Origin: Dicyema japonicum
Taxonomy: Eukaryota > Animalia > Dicyemida
Direction of reading: 5' to 3'
Assembly (NCBI GenBank): GCA_011109175.1
Contig: RDEW01000004.1
Coordinates: 1,697,355 to 1,761,354 of the forward strand
DNA length: 64,000 nucleotides
The translations under genes and the position numbers were made by a program. Of this stretch, positions 63,410 to 64,000 are shown piece after piece (the stretch's first letter is position 1; the number at the start of each line of letters is the position of its first letter). A model generated the notes under the pieces. It had not been told where the DNA came from and did not search any database. It worked only from the letters and a program-made list of their open reading frames with translations.

Positions 63410-63559
63410 CTTTACTAATCTGCCTTTATTGACATGATTTTTCTTATATTTGAGGGATATTAGCTTATTTTGGAAGCCGACAATTGGCATAAGCTCGGTC
63501 TCCCTTGTAGGTCTTGGAGTACTTATTTTCCTGATGACATTTCTCTTCTCCTTAAAACA

Positions 63560-64000
63560 GTGATCCTGGATCAATAAAGGTCTTCCTCAGATGTTGGATT
63601 CCCATGGATAATGGCCGCTCCAAGGCCCTGTCGAAACCATGTTTGTTATAGATTTTTCAAATTCTTTTGATGGCGGATACACCAAAAATACAAGAAATGT
63701 ATAGTTCTTTGGATCGGTATGTCTCTTGCATTTGATTCTGTCCACAGAGTCATACTCATTAAATTTGTAAACCTTCCACGACACGGATGATGTTATAATG
63801 ATCCCTTTGATGATAGAAGATATCTAGCAGTCAATTTGGGAAATTCTACCTCTAACTTTTTAAACCACAAAGGGAGTTCCACGAGGAGACTCTCTGTTCC
63901 CTATTCTTTTCGCTATTTATCTTGAGTTGAGAGACTTCAGAGCGTCAATTAAAGGCTAATGAAGTGGTTTATGAGGTGATTTGCATTTTATTTGACGATA
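63560..64000 (+). mobile_element. LINE RT remnant running off the window end
   Basis: MSLAFDSVHRVIL and a degenerate GVPQGDSLSPIL-like segment near 63875-63915. Confidence 0.55.

Overview
Eukaryotic, AT-rich DNA that is almost saturated with decayed and nested transposable elements. Non-LTR retrotransposons include CRE-like and R4/Dong-like elements with a restriction-like endonuclease (RLE), APE-type LINEs (one nearly full length) and RTE-like 3' ends. DNA transposons include a near-intact pogo/Tigger, a Mutator-like element with long tandem-repeat TIRs nested in an RLE element, three hAT deletion derivatives and an unclassified TIR element. A tRNA-derived SINE family shares a 3' tail with a local LINE. 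Only three host-gene loci could be reconstructed by hand, all with ultra-short GT-AG introns of 22-34 nt: an apparently intact 4-TM TMEM272-like gene (62823-63409), a ZDHHC palmitoyltransferase-like gene with an in-frame TGA and a DHHC->AYHS change (20092-20885), and an intron-retaining beta-tubulin pseudogene (36612-37702). Tiny introns plus metazoan-type genes suggest a reduced metazoan parasite such as a myxozoan or dicyemid; this is inference only. The most unusual signals are a hammerhead-ribozyme-like consensus in a dispersed ~280-bp repeat, the SINE/LINE tail sharing, the disabled DHHC gene and the miniature introns. Family assignments come from motif recognition by eye, not database searches, and remnant boundaries are approximate.
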